Position numbers and translations under genes: made by a program
Shown here: positions 1 through 12,229 of the stretch, piece after piece
How positions within the stretch are numbered: the first letter of the stretch is position 1
How the letters are laid out: each line of letters opens with the position of its first letter
Notes under the pieces: generated by a model
Database searches by the model: none
Seen by the model: only the letters and a program-made list of their open reading frames with translations
Told to the model about the DNA's origin: nothing
DNA from: Vicugna vicugna
Lineage: Eukaryota
DNA: 64,000 nucleotides
Reading direction: 5' to 3'
Assembly: GCA_013265495.1 (NCBI GenBank)
Contig: MU057944.1
Location: 1 to 64,000 of the forward strand

Positions 1-239
1 ACAGCCTGGTCCCAAGTGTTTGGCGCAGGGCAGTTGCTCCATGAGTGTCTTCTGGATGAGCGGATGTCTCGGGTGCTTCTGAAAAGGCACATCATGCAAC
101 CCCGTGTGCGGAAGGGATGGGGTGGAGTGCTGAGGACCTGCTGCCATCCAGGCTCAGTGCTGGGTGCTTCTGCTCCATCGTCCCCTTTGTGCAGAGTGTC
201 ATCCATGGAGTGATTATTAGGTGGGATCTAGGACACTTG

Positions 240-340
240 GTAACACGGTGCCAGGACTCTCTGGCCTTCAGTGTCCCCGTCTGTAAGAATGGGTTGGAGA
301 GAGATTCTCACTGTCCTTCTCAGCTTTAATATTTGATGAC
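240..340 (+). mobile_element. MIR3-like SINE fragment
   Basis: ctctggccttcagtgtccccgtctgtaagaatgggttgga resembles the MIR core and MIR3 tail. Confidence 0.6.
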
Positions 341-617
341 ACTGTGAGTTTAGGACGGGCTCAGACATGCATTTCCTCTTGGAAGCTTTTTATCACAAAA
401 CCCGAACACAAGACATCCCGCCTAAGATCCACCTGCTTCTCAAATCAAGATTCTGAGTTTAGAGGAAGTTTCAAGGAAAGCAGAGGTTCAGCGACCAGGA
501 TTATTTTTACTTGTTGGCCATGTCAGCTGACAGGTTTGTTTGTTTTTTTCGGTCCTTTTCCATTTTTAATTTCTCAAACACTCATTCATTCTAATTCTTA
601 GAACTCCGGCATCACAA

Positions 618-822
618 CAGGTACTATATAAGTCCTTTTGATATAAATTACCTCTTTAATCATCACAGCAACCCTATACAGTAAGTACCATAAGTACCCC
701 CATTTTACAGATTAGAAAACTGAGGCCCAGAGAAGTCAAGCAGCTTTCCCAAGATCACACAGCTAGTAAGTGACAGGGCCAAGTCCATCTAGAATCATGC
801 ACCTAACCACTTCACTATACTT
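618..822 (-). mobile_element. MIR SINE
   Basis: cccattttacagattagaaaactgaggcccagagaagtcaagcagctttcccaagatcacacagctagtaagtg is the reverse MIR core. Confidence 0.9.
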
Positions 823-837
823 TCTAAAATATTGCTC

Positions 838-915
838 TTTCATTCATTTACTCATTCATTCAACTGTGTGCTGGTTGCTAAGACAGTCAAGTAAGACATT
901 GTGTCTACACTCAGT
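838..915 (-). mobile_element. L2 3' end fragment
   Basis: ttcattcatttactcattcattcaac tail followed by tgtgtgctgg...aagacat. Confidence 0.6.
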
Positions 916-939
916 GAGTGTGATTCCGAGCTTGGAGGG

Positions 940-1566
940 TGTATTAGTTTTGTGTTGCTGCATAAAAAATTCCCACAAGCTTGCCATGACACCCACTTAT
1001 CATCTCACAGTGTCTGTAGGTCAGGAGTCTAGGCAGGGCTGGACTGAGTTGTCTGTTCAAGTTCTTACAAAGTTAGAATCAAGATGCAGGCCAGGCTGTG
1101 TTCTCTTCTGGAGCTTGGGTTCCTCTTCCAAGCTCGTGTGGTGATTGGAAGAATTCAGTTCATTGTGGTTGTAGCACCAAGGCCCTCCGCTCCTAGGGGC
1201 CATTGTCATTCCCCGCCACGTGGCCTTCTCTGTAACATGGCGTTTTGCTCCTTTAAAGCCCACAGGAGGGCGTATGTTGTGGCTTCTTGTCTCTGCCCTC
1301 TAGACGCTTCTCTAAAGGGTTCATTCACCTGATTAGTCCAGGCCCACCTGTAACAATCTCCTTCTTGATTGACTCAAAGCCAACTGATTAGGGATGTTAA
1401 TTATACCTGCAAAATCCCTTTACCTTTGCTAGATGATGTAATCTCATCACAGGAGTGAAATGCCATTCATAAGTTCAACTTACGCTCAAGGACAGAGACT
1501 GTACAGTCATGTACATGAGCCGGGGCAGAAATCTTGCCAGCCATTCTAGAATTCCACCTCCACACA
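940..1566 (-). mobile_element. MaLR LTR, MLT1E/F/G-like, near full length
   Basis: Starts tgtattagtttt..ttgctgcataa; contains ggaagaattcagttc, ggcccacc..aatctcc and ccattctagaattc motifs of MLT1 LTRs. Confidence 0.85.
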
Positions 1567-2532
1567 GAGAGCGGTGTGTAAGAGCAGCACGTAAGAAGAG
1601 CAGAGAGGGGGCCCCACCAAGCCTGAGGGTGGTGAGGCAAGGCTTCCAGAGAGACGGAGTAGAAGTTACTAAGATGGAGTGGTGGCAGGGGGCGCCCCAG
1701 GTAAGACAGGGCTAGGATGCAGCACTGAGGTCTGAAATGATGCCTCAGAACGTTGCGGCTGCAGAGGTGAGGGAGGGATCCACAGAGGAGGGGTGGTGAC
1801 GGAGCTGAAGCTTGAGATGTTGGAATCTCCGTTGTCCAGATATGGGAACAGAGGCTCACGGAGTCTGAGTGAACACCCACGGAGTCAGAACTGGACCTTG
1901 AACAAACCACAGAACTCTCCCCGCCACACCCTGGGGAGCACAGCACATGGCCCGCCCACCCCCTTAATTAAACACAGAAGAGAGGGCCCCTTGGAGCCCG
2001 CAGCTTCGTTTTTGTGCATGTCTTGCTCACTCCATCCCAAGGCTGCCCAGCTCACACCTCCACAGTGACAACATGGTGACAGGTGCTGGAGACACGCTTC
2101 TCTCCTTCTTTCATGGGTAGGGAACAGAAGTAGGTTCTTTGCGAGGTCTTTTATCCCCAGATATGGTTTACAGGGTATTTGTGTTTGGTGCATTTACCCG
2201 ATTAACTGCTTTCTGGAAGCAAGGCAAAGCAACTGCTTTGACCTTAAAGACACAGATTTAAATTTCAGAGCCAGCAGTCTGGCTCACGGGGAATGTACTT
2301 CCCAGGTGGGAGGCACTGAAACTGGGAAGGGGGGTGGGATTAAACCTGAAAAAACCTGAAAAAATGGTTACTAGTTCTCCCAGCCACCTCTTGGTTTAAA
2401 TGCATTAATGCCTTCACAGATCCGTGTTTTCTTTCTGCTATACTTCTCGAGCCTTTTGCAAATGTTGGTGGCTGCTAACAACCAGGGATTCAGAGATAAA
2501 TAAAATATGAGCAATAGGGACAATATCCACAG

Positions 2533-2712
2533 ATGTTTATCAAGTGCCTGGAACCTGCCAGGCACAGCGGCACACGCTTGACTGCATTAGCTCATTTAAT
2601 CCTCGCAGCATCCCCTCTGAAGAGGTACTACTTCCCCCCCATTTTACAGATGAGGAAACTGAGGCCCAAAGCAGTTAAACAGCATAACTGGAAACTGGGT
2701 TTGCACCGTCCC
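2533..2712 (-). mobile_element. MIR SINE
   Basis: tgccaggcac...ctcatttaatcctc...cccattttacagatgaggaaactgaggccc. Confidence 0.9.
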
Positions 2713-3783
2713 AGCAGCCAGAGCAGCCCCGGTATCGTCTGCACACACTTGCCCCCTCTGCTGAGCATCCCACCGAGGAGGCTCCCTCTTCCATGGTCCC
2801 TGGACGTCCTGGACCTTCTTGCCTTTCAGGCCACAGTGCCGGGCCCCAGCTAGTGACTGATTCAGCCCCTTGCCGGGGTCTCCATGTGCAGCACCCGAAT
2901 GGTTGTTGGAAAAGCCCAAAACTTCTGAGGGCATTGCCCTTGACCTCCACCAGCACCTGTGTCCAGGCGACCCTGTCCCAGCCTCCCCAGAGCTCCCAGG
3001 CTGGGGAGAGGGGCGTGGTCTTTGTCTCCAGTGCTTTCCTTCCAGAGAGAGGTTGGCCAGGTTCACAAGATGAGGTGTCACTTGGCGTCAAAGGATGACA
3101 CGGTGGGAAGAGGCTGCCATCCCGTCAGGGCAGAGCTGTTGGATGCCGGGTGCATGCACTGTTCTTGGAAGCACCTCGTCTGAAGCCACAGCGCGCGGAT
3201 AACCAAGGCTGCATGTACGCTCGAGGTTGGCCGATAAACCAGTGAGGGATGTTTCCCATCTCGAGGGTGCGTTTTTCTCCGCGGACCGCATCACCTCGCG
3301 GGGCCTAATTTGGGCTGATGTCTTTCCTTTACTCTGAAGGGCTCAGCAGCAAATGTGCCATCGGAACCTGTTTTCTGATTAAACTAAAAGGCTTGTAGCT
3401 TCATTTTCCTTTCCCTTCGGGGTACGTCTGTATTTAAAAGGCCTTTATGAAGAGTGGAGCTTTTTCTCATTTAAAATTTTCCAAATCTCCATCACACAGA
3501 CCCAGGCCGTGCTGGGTAACAAGGTACTGGGTTCTTGTTCCCAAACACATGAGCTGACTGCTCCCTTTAGCTGGACGCTGGGGTGTGTTCTGAGGCCTGG
3601 GAGGACAGCGCCCCCCAGAGGTCTTTTGTCAGCAAATAGAAGGAAGTGATGTTTGCCTCGAATCACTGGAAGGTGCAGGCTGCTTCGTCAGGGACACTTC
3701 GGAGCAGAGCCTGGGGTCCATCCAAGTAGGACCCTGGCTTCCACATGCCAAGATCCACTACTTTTCCTTGAGTCTAGAGAAGA

Positions 3784-3846
3784 TGTGTGTGTGGTGTGGG
3801 GTGTGTGTGTGTGTCACGCGTGTGTGTGTGTGTGTGTGGTGTGTGC
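3784..3846. repeat. Interrupted (GT)n microsatellite
   Basis: tgtgtgtgtggtgtggggtgtgtgtgtgtgtcacgcgtgtgtgtgtgtgtgtgtggtgtgtg. Confidence 0.95.
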
Positions 3847-3994
3847 ACATTACTACGAGAGTTTCTCCCCTTCCCACCCAGTATCCTCAGTTCACAAAGC
3901 ATGAAGTGTCCGTAGTGGTTGTGACACATTTAAACGAACGGAAGCAGGTTTCTCCAGATACTTCTCATTTGGGCAGCCCCACGTTCTTTCCTGT

Positions 3995-4230
3995 TGCCTA
4001 AACGTGAATCCTTCAAGTCATCTCCAGCCCCCCACCCCCCACTCAAGGACATGCAATCAGTCGTGTAGATTGTTCCCCTCTCCAGGGATTTTTCACGTCT
4101 CCCTGTTCCTTCCCACGCCCACGGCCCCAGCAGTCAGGCCCAGTGTTCCCCGCTCTGGCCGCGGCGGTGACTCCCCGACCGCAGCCTCTCCTGGCGTCCG
4201 TGCTGGACACAGCTGCTGTCCTCTGTCTGT
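3995..4230 (+). mobile_element. L2 fragment
   Basis: catgcaatcagtc...cccacgcccacggccccagcagtcaggccc resembles the L2 3' region. Confidence 0.5.
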
Positions 4231-4429
4231 GAGCCGGTCCTTCTCATCATCAAAGCCCACGGCTCCAGCCTCCATCAGGGCCCCACAGGCTGGTGTTTCA
4301 GCGCTTGGCCAGCAGCCTTTCTTTCCTGCCTCCTCTGCTGCCCCCCCCACCCCGTAAACCCAAACCTCTTGAGGCCTCGGGGCTGCAGAGTCGACCTGGG
4401 GGAAGTGGGGAGGGAGGCCAGGGGACTGA

Positions 4430-4773
4430 AAGGGGAGCCTTCGAGACCCAGCTGGGTGGCCCCTATGCCCTAGAGGGAGAGGCGCTGTCCTTGAAGACCC
4501 GGCTGGACGCCACTCTCTCTCCCCCAGCGTCTGTGACATATCTCGGTCACCCTAGGGCACATGCACACCGCCTCACAGCATCATTGTCTTGTAGCCACCA
4601 GGTGGATGTGGACTCCAAGCACAAGGTGGAATCCAACATGATTCCATCTCTGTCCTTATTTTAGTTATATCTGCAAAGATCCTTATTCCAAATAAGATTC
4701 TGTGGTTCTGGTTGGATGTGAATTGGGAGGGCAGAGGGAGGGAGGGGGAACACCAACTAGTCAACCCACTACA
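4430..4773 (-). mobile_element. MaLR LTR fragment, MLT1B/C/D-like
   Basis: ttatatctgcaaagatccttattccaaataag and terminal tcaacccactaca (reverse of the MLT1 5' end tgtagtgggttga). Confidence 0.8.
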
Positions 4774-5826
4774 GTGGTCCTCACAGCATCCCTGTAGGTT
4801 CACATGGAGACTGAGGCCCAGAGACGATCTGGCCCAGGACTCACAGCTGAACTTGGCCCCCATCAAGGGCTCCAGCCAAGCCTTCTGCCTCCAAAGTGGA
4901 CGCTCTTTCCCCGCACACATCCCCCCATCTTGACTAGAATGCACGTCTGGCTGCTGTCACCTTGCCTCCCGCTCTCAGCCTGCTTCTGGGATCAGAATCC
5001 AAAAGCAAACTGGGCCTCCCCACTCATGGGTCCGAGGCCAGGACTGCAGCCACTGAGACAGGGAGTCCCCCCGTCGAGCCTGGGCCCCATCACAGTGGCG
5101 ACTCAGGGAACCACACCAGAGACCGATGGCATTGGCCTCTGGTCGCCACAAAGAGGCAAGGACCCCAGGGGGTCTGGTTGTGTCTGGCTGCACTTTCGAT
5201 GTGCTCTGCGTGCTTACCTCCCAGCTGCTGACATCACCAGTCCTCACTGGTGATTCTGTTTCTCTGCAAAGGAAATGTTGCCCATTTCCCCTCAGTGCCG
5301 TCCGTCCCAGTTTACGCTGCACCGCGTTCAATCATCCACTTGCCGCGCTTGCACGTAGTGGTGGGCACAGTGCCCTCCCGCCTCCGGTTGGTGCCTCTCC
5401 GGCCCCTTAATCATCTGCTTTTCGGATAGTACAGCCCGGATTTCCCCCAGCCCGGCTGATGCTCTTGCGGGGGGGGGGGGGCGGGGTCGGGGGGGCTTGT
5501 ATTTTGGAGGGTTCCAGGATACCACAGTATCCTTTCTGTGATCAAAGGAGGAGAATTGCTGACAATTTTCACAAATTTGGGCCCTGGCAAGAACAATTTT
5601 CTCTGAATTAGATGTGATTCTCTCTTTCGATGCTATTCCCTCACATTTTGTTTGCTTGTCGGGCCGCCTGTAAGCTGACTGTTAAATATTTAGTCTCTTC
5701 TGCCACTTGGTTTTCAAGCTGCGGGCGGTTAGCTCAAGCCGTACGTACAGGAGAGCCTCCCTGCGGCCGATGCCGTCGGCCTTGCTGGTCCCCACCCTCC
5801 AGGGGCGCTGGGGGAAGCCACCGGTG

Positions 5827-5846
5827 AGGCTGCCACCTGGCGGAGC
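5827..5846 (-). promoter_or_regulatory. Candidate CTCF site
   Basis: Minus strand reads CCGCCAGGTGGCAGC, matching the CTCF core consensus; motif evidence only. Confidence 0.5.
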
Positions 5847-6065
5847 CTCCACCCTTTCCTTCCTGCCTTTATCTTGGGACTGAGGGGAGCCCCGGGTCCT
5901 TGGAGGGTGTGATGGAGGCAAGAGCCCAGGTGGGCCTGCTAGGAGGGCCCCGTGGTCGGCGCATAGAAAGAGACCGCTGGGAGTTTGAGGTCAACATTTT
6001 TCAACTTTACAGACCAACTTTGGGTTTAGACCTAGGATTGCCTGTGTCTTTACGAGCGCAGACAT

Positions 6066-6205
6066 GGAGGGTGGGTGTAGCTCAGTGGTAGAGCGCATGC
6101 TTAGCATGCACAGGGTCCTAGGTTCAATCCCCCATGCCTCTATTAGAATAAATTAATTAATTAGCTGAGTACACTTAATTTTTTAAAAAATGGGTTAAAA
6201 AAAAG
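6066..6205 (+). mobile_element. tRNA-Ala-derived SINE (camelid Vic-1 type)
   Basis: ggagggtgggtgtagctcagtggtagagcgcatgcttagcatgcacagggtcctaggttcaatcccc with A box and B box, then an AT-rich tail and A run. Confidence 0.85.
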
Positions 6206-6431
6206 AATGCAGCTCTTATTTCCAGGAATGTGGGAGCCTGGGACTATGGCCACAGTGTGGTTACCATCATCCTGTGACTAACTCACGCTCAGCTTCGCAC
6301 AAACACCACTAATGTCTGTCCACTTGCTGGTCTCAGGGTTTATGTCCAGTGTACAACATAATAGGTGATGGACAAATCTTGTTTGAGTTAATGAAATAAT
6401 TCCGATTATTATTAATTTATAGAGCCATGGC

Positions 6432-6866
6432 TTTAGTCAGCAGGTGTCTGATGAGTGCATACTGTGTGTCTGGTACCTGCGCTGGGCATCGGGGGCAGGA
6501 TGGAGAACAAAGCCGACAAACCCCCTGCCCTCCTGGAGCTAAGATTCCAGAGGGAGATTTCAGGCAATAAAATAAGTCAGTTATATTCTTGGTCTGTTAG
6601 AAAGTAATCTGCACTATGGAGAAAAAGCATGGAAGGAAGGTGTGTGGGGTGCAGTTTTGAGAAGAGTATTCAGGGTGGGCCTCTCTGAGATGGTGGTATC
6701 GAGGAAAGACAAGGAAGAGGGGAGAGAGCTATGCAGGTGCTGGGAGGGGCATTCCCTGCAGGGGGAACAGCCAGTGCAAAGGTCCTGTGGCACGTTTGAG
6801 AAAAACAAGGAAGTCAGAGGGACTGGAGTGAACAGGAGGGAGAGCGGGAGAGAGGAGGTCAGTGAG
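6432..6866 (-). mobile_element. L2 (L2a/b-like) 3' portion
   Basis: ccctgccctcctggagct...gggcctctctgag...gggaacagccagtgcaaaggtcctgtgg...ggactggagtga. Confidence 0.9.
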
Positions 6867-6879
6867 TTAAACCTCCCCA

Positions 6880-6990
6880 CATGGTACGTGAGGCAGTGAA
6901 AACTCAGGGAATTTAAGGGACGTGCCTTGAGTCACCCAGCTCTTGAGTGACAGGGTGGAACACAGGGTTTGGATTCTGCTGGTTCTTGTG
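6880..6990 (-). mobile_element. MIR fragment
   Basis: aaactcaggga...gtcacccagct...gtgacagggtgg. Confidence 0.55.
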
Positions 6991-8024
6991 CCACCTCTCA
7001 ACATGACAAGAGGGTACACTGGAAGATGGCACTCTTGTGACGTGGCACTCCCCGCACTGGCCTGCTGCAGCTGGATCTTGAAGAGAAGAATGACTGCATT
7101 TCCCCTCCTGGCTCCTGAGAGCCTCTTCAGCTGTGACACAAGTCTTGGTGGCCCCACTATTCCAGTCTGAGCTGTGCTGCAAGCTCCCAGCTCCATCCCA
7201 AAGGCCTCCAGAGTCCCTCACATGTCTTTCTTGGTTATCCAGGGCCACGGCAATTTCGTTCCTTACCAAGTTTTTCTTTCCTGCCCCCCACAAGTTTCTC
7301 ACCTCCTTCTAGAATCAGCCTCATCATTGAGGCCAGGAATAAATTGAATTTAGGGCACCTGCCTGCCCAGTCAGGAAATTACTTTTGCTCATTAGCTCTG
7401 ACAGAACCGTCTTCCTTTGCCGACCTTTCCTGCCTCCCTTTCTGGGCAACATTTCCCTTTGCTTAACTTTCAGTACCATCTCTTTTTCCATTTCCCATCT
7501 TTGCTCTTCTAATCGTGTTTGGAGACCACCCTTCACTCACATGGGGAATCTTTCCTGTTTTCTCTCTCTGCTTCATCTTCACTGTCGAAGGCATTTTTCT
7601 GCTGCCTCCATGGTGAATGACCTTGGGGACCTCCGCCCTCCGTAGTCAGTGCTGGGTTTCTTTGTATTATGTACAGAGAGGCAGGTGCTTCTTCCTGCTC
7701 AGGAGGTTGTTTAGTTTTCCTTGGAAACCAGGACCAGGGGTGGCTTTGAGAGCACCTCTCTTGGAGACCCCAAAAGTGCTGTGCAGCTGTGAATTAGCCA
7801 GACAAGAACCCTGAATACAGCCTCGTCCATCTCCAAGATCTGGTTGCAGTTGGCTGTTTACCCCAAAGATGACATTACTCATTTGACAGCAGGAGTACAC
7901 ATCAGTACAGACTTTTTTTTTTTTTGAAAGGCACCTTGGGGATAGCTGTTCAGATTTTTCAACACATTGCTAGGATTTCAGAAATGCAAAGCAGATTTGG
8001 CAGAGATTGGTGTCCAAGACTGCC

Positions 8025-8410
8025 AACCGCAGCAGTGTTTATTGTAAAAGTAAATTGAAATCCTAATTGTCTATCAATCCATCAGCAGGTTGCAATGGAT
8101 AAATAAATAGTAGTACATATACAGTGAAATAGTATGAGGTTGTTGATCCATTTTTGTAAAATAAAATGACATATCCACTTTAGAGCAAGTGTGGTGATGT
8201 TTATAAAAGAAATTAATGAATATATGTATGCATATGTATGACAAACATTATGCTGTACACCAGAAATGGACACATTGTAAACTGACTATATATCAATTAA
8301 AAAATAAAAGAAATTAGGTGCTTCACAAATTTAAACATTGTAGCATTCTCAGGTCTTTTAGTGGTTGTAATATTCTATCTAATTAACATAAAAAGGAAGT
8401 TTAAAACCTA
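8025..8410 (+). mobile_element. Old L1 (L1M) 3' fragment, interrupted by a younger L1 end
   Basis: gcagtgtttattgtaa...tccatcagcagg..atggataaataaatagtagtacatatacagtgaaatag. Confidence 0.6.
8216..8303 (+). mobile_element. Young 5'-truncated L1 3' terminus (88 bp) with 13-bp TSD
   Basis: cattatgctgtacaccagaaatggacacattgtaaactgactata plus A tail; ataaaagaaatta duplicated at 8203-8215 and 8304-8316. Confidence 0.85.
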
Positions 8411-8699
8411 GAAGCGGAACATTGTTTCTGGTCCAGGTTTGGTTGGAGGAGAAGAAATATTCATTCATTGTAACTCGGTTTTTTGTCTTTTCAATAAGCA
8501 TGAAAAAGTGTTACCTTCAAAACATGACACATCCAGATAGATATTCGTACATTGTAACTGACACTTTACACACCTTGCACTTCTGGATTGCAGAAGCTTT
8601 TTTCCCAGTGAGCATATCTTTTTTCTACTATAAAAAGTATCTACAGGGGAAAACTATTTTACTTTGTCTTTGACTTTGTGTCTGTCTCCAACTTTTGAC

Positions 8700-8880
8700 T
8701 GAAGAGGATTTTGAGCACGCAGAGAAGCCGACAGCCTAGTAGAACGTGCATGTATCCATCACCCAACCCCAACAACCATTAACCCTTGTCCAGTCCTGCT
8801 CCAGCCAAACCTGGATCCGCTTCCCCAGCTCCCAGTCCTGTGTGAGGCTGAAGCAGATCCCAGGCATCATTTAAACATCT
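8700..8880 (-). mobile_element. Old L1 (L1MC/ME-like) 3' fragment
   Basis: catgtatccatcacccaaccccaacaaccattaac...tgaagcagatcccaggcatcat. Confidence 0.6.
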
Positions 8881-9494
8881 CCACTTCCTCCTCCTGCCCT
8901 GCCTGCCCTGCTGAGGGTTGCATCCTCTGATGCTGAGCTACTGCCATGAGACCCGAATCCAGACCTCCCAGCCCTCCTGCCTCCACGCTGTCCTCAGCGT
9001 GACCTTACATCCTCATCTGAGCCCTGCCTTCAGATGCATCCATGGGAGCCACTCAGCTCTGACAGAGGACCGTGAAGGGGTTGCAGATACACCAAGATGT
9101 CAGTGTCCTCAGCAGCCAGAGGTGGTCAGAGCTGGCTGACCATGGCCTGTGGCCTCGTAGAGCCTCGCCAGTTTGATGCCAGTGAGCTGTACAAATATTG
9201 TCATCTGTCTACAGGCAATGTCGGGGAAAGGGTCGGGACGTTCAGACTCTGCTGCCTGGGACCGAAAGGCCTTCATCCACATCCTCCCATCCGTCTTTGT
9301 CAGCCTCAGCCTCCTCACCCTCACTCCTCTGCAGCCCTCCCTGTCTCCCCACTGGACTCGTGTGCCCCCACGGGGGAGCACCAGTGAGGCAGCTGGGGAG
9401 GCAGGCAGTGAGTCAAAACCACGGGCCGGGCATGGTGTGTGTTCCTGAGTGGCAGTTTTCCTATAATATTGCCATGACCGACCTGACAGTCCGC

Positions 9495-9620
9495 TCACTC
9501 AGCCAGCCTTTTAACAGACATTTTACTGGGCACCTCCTGTTTGCCAGCCACTGTTCTAGGCACTGGGAATCCAGAAGTGATGGAAACAGACCAAACTGCT
9601 GCCGTCATGAAGTTTCTACA
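9495..9620 (-). mobile_element. L2 3' end
   Basis: aacagacattttactgggcacctcctgtttgccagccactgttctaggcactggg. Confidence 0.8.
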
Positions 9621-10694
9621 CACATAAGAGTGTAGAAAGATGTTTGCAATGACATCCACTGAAAGTGGTAGAAATGGGGGTAATCTTTGCAATTTTGTGT
9701 CTGCAGTTTTAAAAAAGCATTTATTGCTTTTTTAAAAAAAGAACGTGGTTTCATCTTTGCTGCCCCCCACCCCAAATGTGATTTTTCTTGAAACAAAAAC
9801 CACAAATGAAGAAAGCAGGCAGAGCAAGAAGTTAGCAGAGATTAATTCTGGCTGGGACAATATACACCATGAGTTTCATATCTGTTATTTTCTGTACTTC
9901 TTGAATCCCCAGCCAATTTTTGAGTTTTAATAAAAAGAGATAGGGGGAAAAGTAAGTTCTTTGGAACTGGCAGTGAATCAGCCACAAAATAAGGGATGAA
10001 AGTTTTGTTTTCCCTTCTTGTAGCTGCAGAGTAGCCACAATTTCGATGCCTCACTGCAGGGCGCAGATGTGCTGGGGGAAGCTGAGGCTACGATCCCCCA
10101 GCTCTGTGGGGCTTTCTCTCAACCACCTTTTTGTGGCCTTAATTCCATGAATGCAAACAATAATTACCAACCTAAGTAGATTACTCAGCATAGTTTGGAC
10201 GCCTCCAGGCCCCCGAATGAGTCACGTTATTGACTGCTCGCAATTAATCTAAAAAAATTAAACCAATTGCTTTTCTGGTTCCTTCGGCCCCATTTTGTGC
10301 CTGGATGACACCTTCACATATTTATTGCCTGCACTGTTCTTTCTACTCGCTGTTCCCATTTTTCTCCAGAACTGAAATGTCTCATTAAAATGAATTTGTT
10401 TCCGACCCAGGTCTTCTGGGTTTCTCTCCGTGTCCCTTCCATGTGCCGTCCCTTGAGTGCGGGTGGACTGCCGTGGAATTGAGCTTTCTGTTTATAATTC
10501 TTCCATGCTCTGTCTAGTTTTTCCAATTACTTGGAAAACTCCCTTCTGTCCTTGCTCCCTTTGCTTCATCAATCTTCACCTCCCCGGTCAATTTTGGAAG
10601 AAGTCGGTGCCGTCGCCCCAGCCCCTTTGGCATCCTTGAGTGTTTGTGAGAAATGAGAAAAAGACCAAGAAGCCTGAGGACATGAAGGAAAACT

Positions 10695-10810
10695 AATTCA
10701 AAAGTATTATTGAGTCCCTATTAGCACAAGGCACATAGGAGATGGCTGCAAAAAGAATAAGCACAGACGGGGCTTCTTCCTTCACTGAGCTTATAATTTA
10801 CCAAAGGAGC
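10695..10810 (-). mobile_element. L2 3' end fragment
   Basis: attcaaaagtattattgagtccctat...gaataagcacagac...gagcttataattta. Confidence 0.6.
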
Positions 10811-10964
10811 GAAGATAACTGCACACCCAATTTTAACTCGAAATACAGAGCACTTTGCAGTGGGGGTGAGGAGTACTTGTTACGCAGCTATCAGTAACTA
10901 ATACATACTCTCCCTTCCTTGCTGGGCACCTACTGTATGCCAAGTGCTTTCTTTTTAAATGCAT

Positions 10965-11262
10965 TCGCCAGTCTAGAACATTCTTCTGCCTCCTGACCTT
11001 CACCTACTCTTCTTTATGTGTCAGCGCAGACATCATTCCATCAGGATCCCCTCCCCCAGGCTCTCCACAGACGGACCTCTCTTTTGTGGCAGTTACCAAA
11101 AATGTAAGTTATTTGCTTATGTAATTCTTCAGTATTTCCCTTAATTAACCGTACGTTCCACAAAGGAGGAGGCTGTCTTTTCTTTCCTTCCTATGATATC
11201 TCCAGTGCCTCTCACAGTTCCTGGCACAGCACAGGCAGACAAATATTTGGTACAGGAGTGAA
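10965..11262 (+). mobile_element. L2 3' portion
   Basis: atatctccagtgcctctcacagttcctggcacagcacagg...aaatatttgg. Confidence 0.75.
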
Positions 11263-11405
11263 TTAAGCCTCACAACAGCTGTGTTATTATTATTCCCATT
11301 TTACAGACGAGGAGACTGAGGCCCAGAGAGCGTGAAAGGATTACTCGCATTAATTATCCAGTTACCAAGTTGGGGAGCCAGGATTCAAGTCTCAGTTTTT
11401 CTTGG
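11262..11405 (-). mobile_element. MIR SINE
   Basis: attattattcccattttacagacgaggagactgaggcccagagag...ggagccaggattcaa. Confidence 0.85.
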
Positions 11406-11432
11406 CTGCCTTCCCCAAGGGATGGCTTAACC

Positions 11433-11595
11433 TTGGGGTTCTCAAACTGGAGTGGCCGTGCAAACCACCTGGGGATCCTGTTAAAAATGCAGGTTCTGAT
11501 TCAGCAGGTCTGGAGTGGCTGAGAATCTGCATTTCTAACACACTCCTAGTGATGCAAACGTTGCTGGTCCCTGGACCACTTTTTGAGTATCAACG
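11433..11595. mobile_element. MER5A/B (hAT-Charlie MITE)
   Basis: ggttctcaaact...cacctggggatcctgttaaaaatgcaggttctgattcagcaggtctgg...ctgcatttctaaca...ggaccactttttgag. Confidence 0.85.
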
Positions 11596-12229
11596 CCCTA
11601 CATAATAAGGGAGGGAATTGGACAGGCTCAAAGCTGATGAACAGATCACAGGAGCATCCAGGCTGTACTAAGCATGTGAGCATCTATGCATGGTGATGGT
11701 ATAAACATCTAAGCAGGTGGGGGCTGGGCAGGAAGAAGTTCTGAATGCCAACATAGTCACCTCGCCGGCCCCTGGCTTTGTGGATGAGGCTTCCGATAGA
11801 TTGGTGCCCCGGGCGAGGCCACCCACAGGGACTAGGAAGGCCTGTGACAAGCTCTTGCTATGAAGGGACCTGGCCTCTCGCTGAGGAGGTGGCTCCCGGT
11901 GGGGCACAGACAGCTGGGGCTTGTTAGAAGCAGATGTACGGACACCCTGCAAAAGAAGAGAGCTGGAGCACACGTGGGGTCCATGCAGGCTGGCGGACAC
12001 TCCCGCTTCCTGCCAGGGGTAAGTGTCCCCTGGGAGTTGTGTTCCCAGCATCTCAGCAGACGTGTGCACTGCCCCCGGGATCCTCCAGCACCTCTGTCAG
12101 TCTTGATCTCCCTCCCTGAGCCATCAGAGGAAGGGTGCTGTCCACGGTCACCCTGCCATGAGCGTCTGTCTGGTGAACAGAGGCCGAGCCGGGCTGTATA
12201 AAGACCATTGGAAGCTGTGAGCCCTTCGA

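Noticed and set aside
6071..6142. tRNA-Ala(AGC) gene
   Set aside because: The D arm and A/B boxes are intact, but the acceptor, anticodon (CATGC/GCACA) and T stems (CTAGG/CCCCA) have multiple mismatches and an AT-rich/A tail follows. It is a tRNA-derived SINE.
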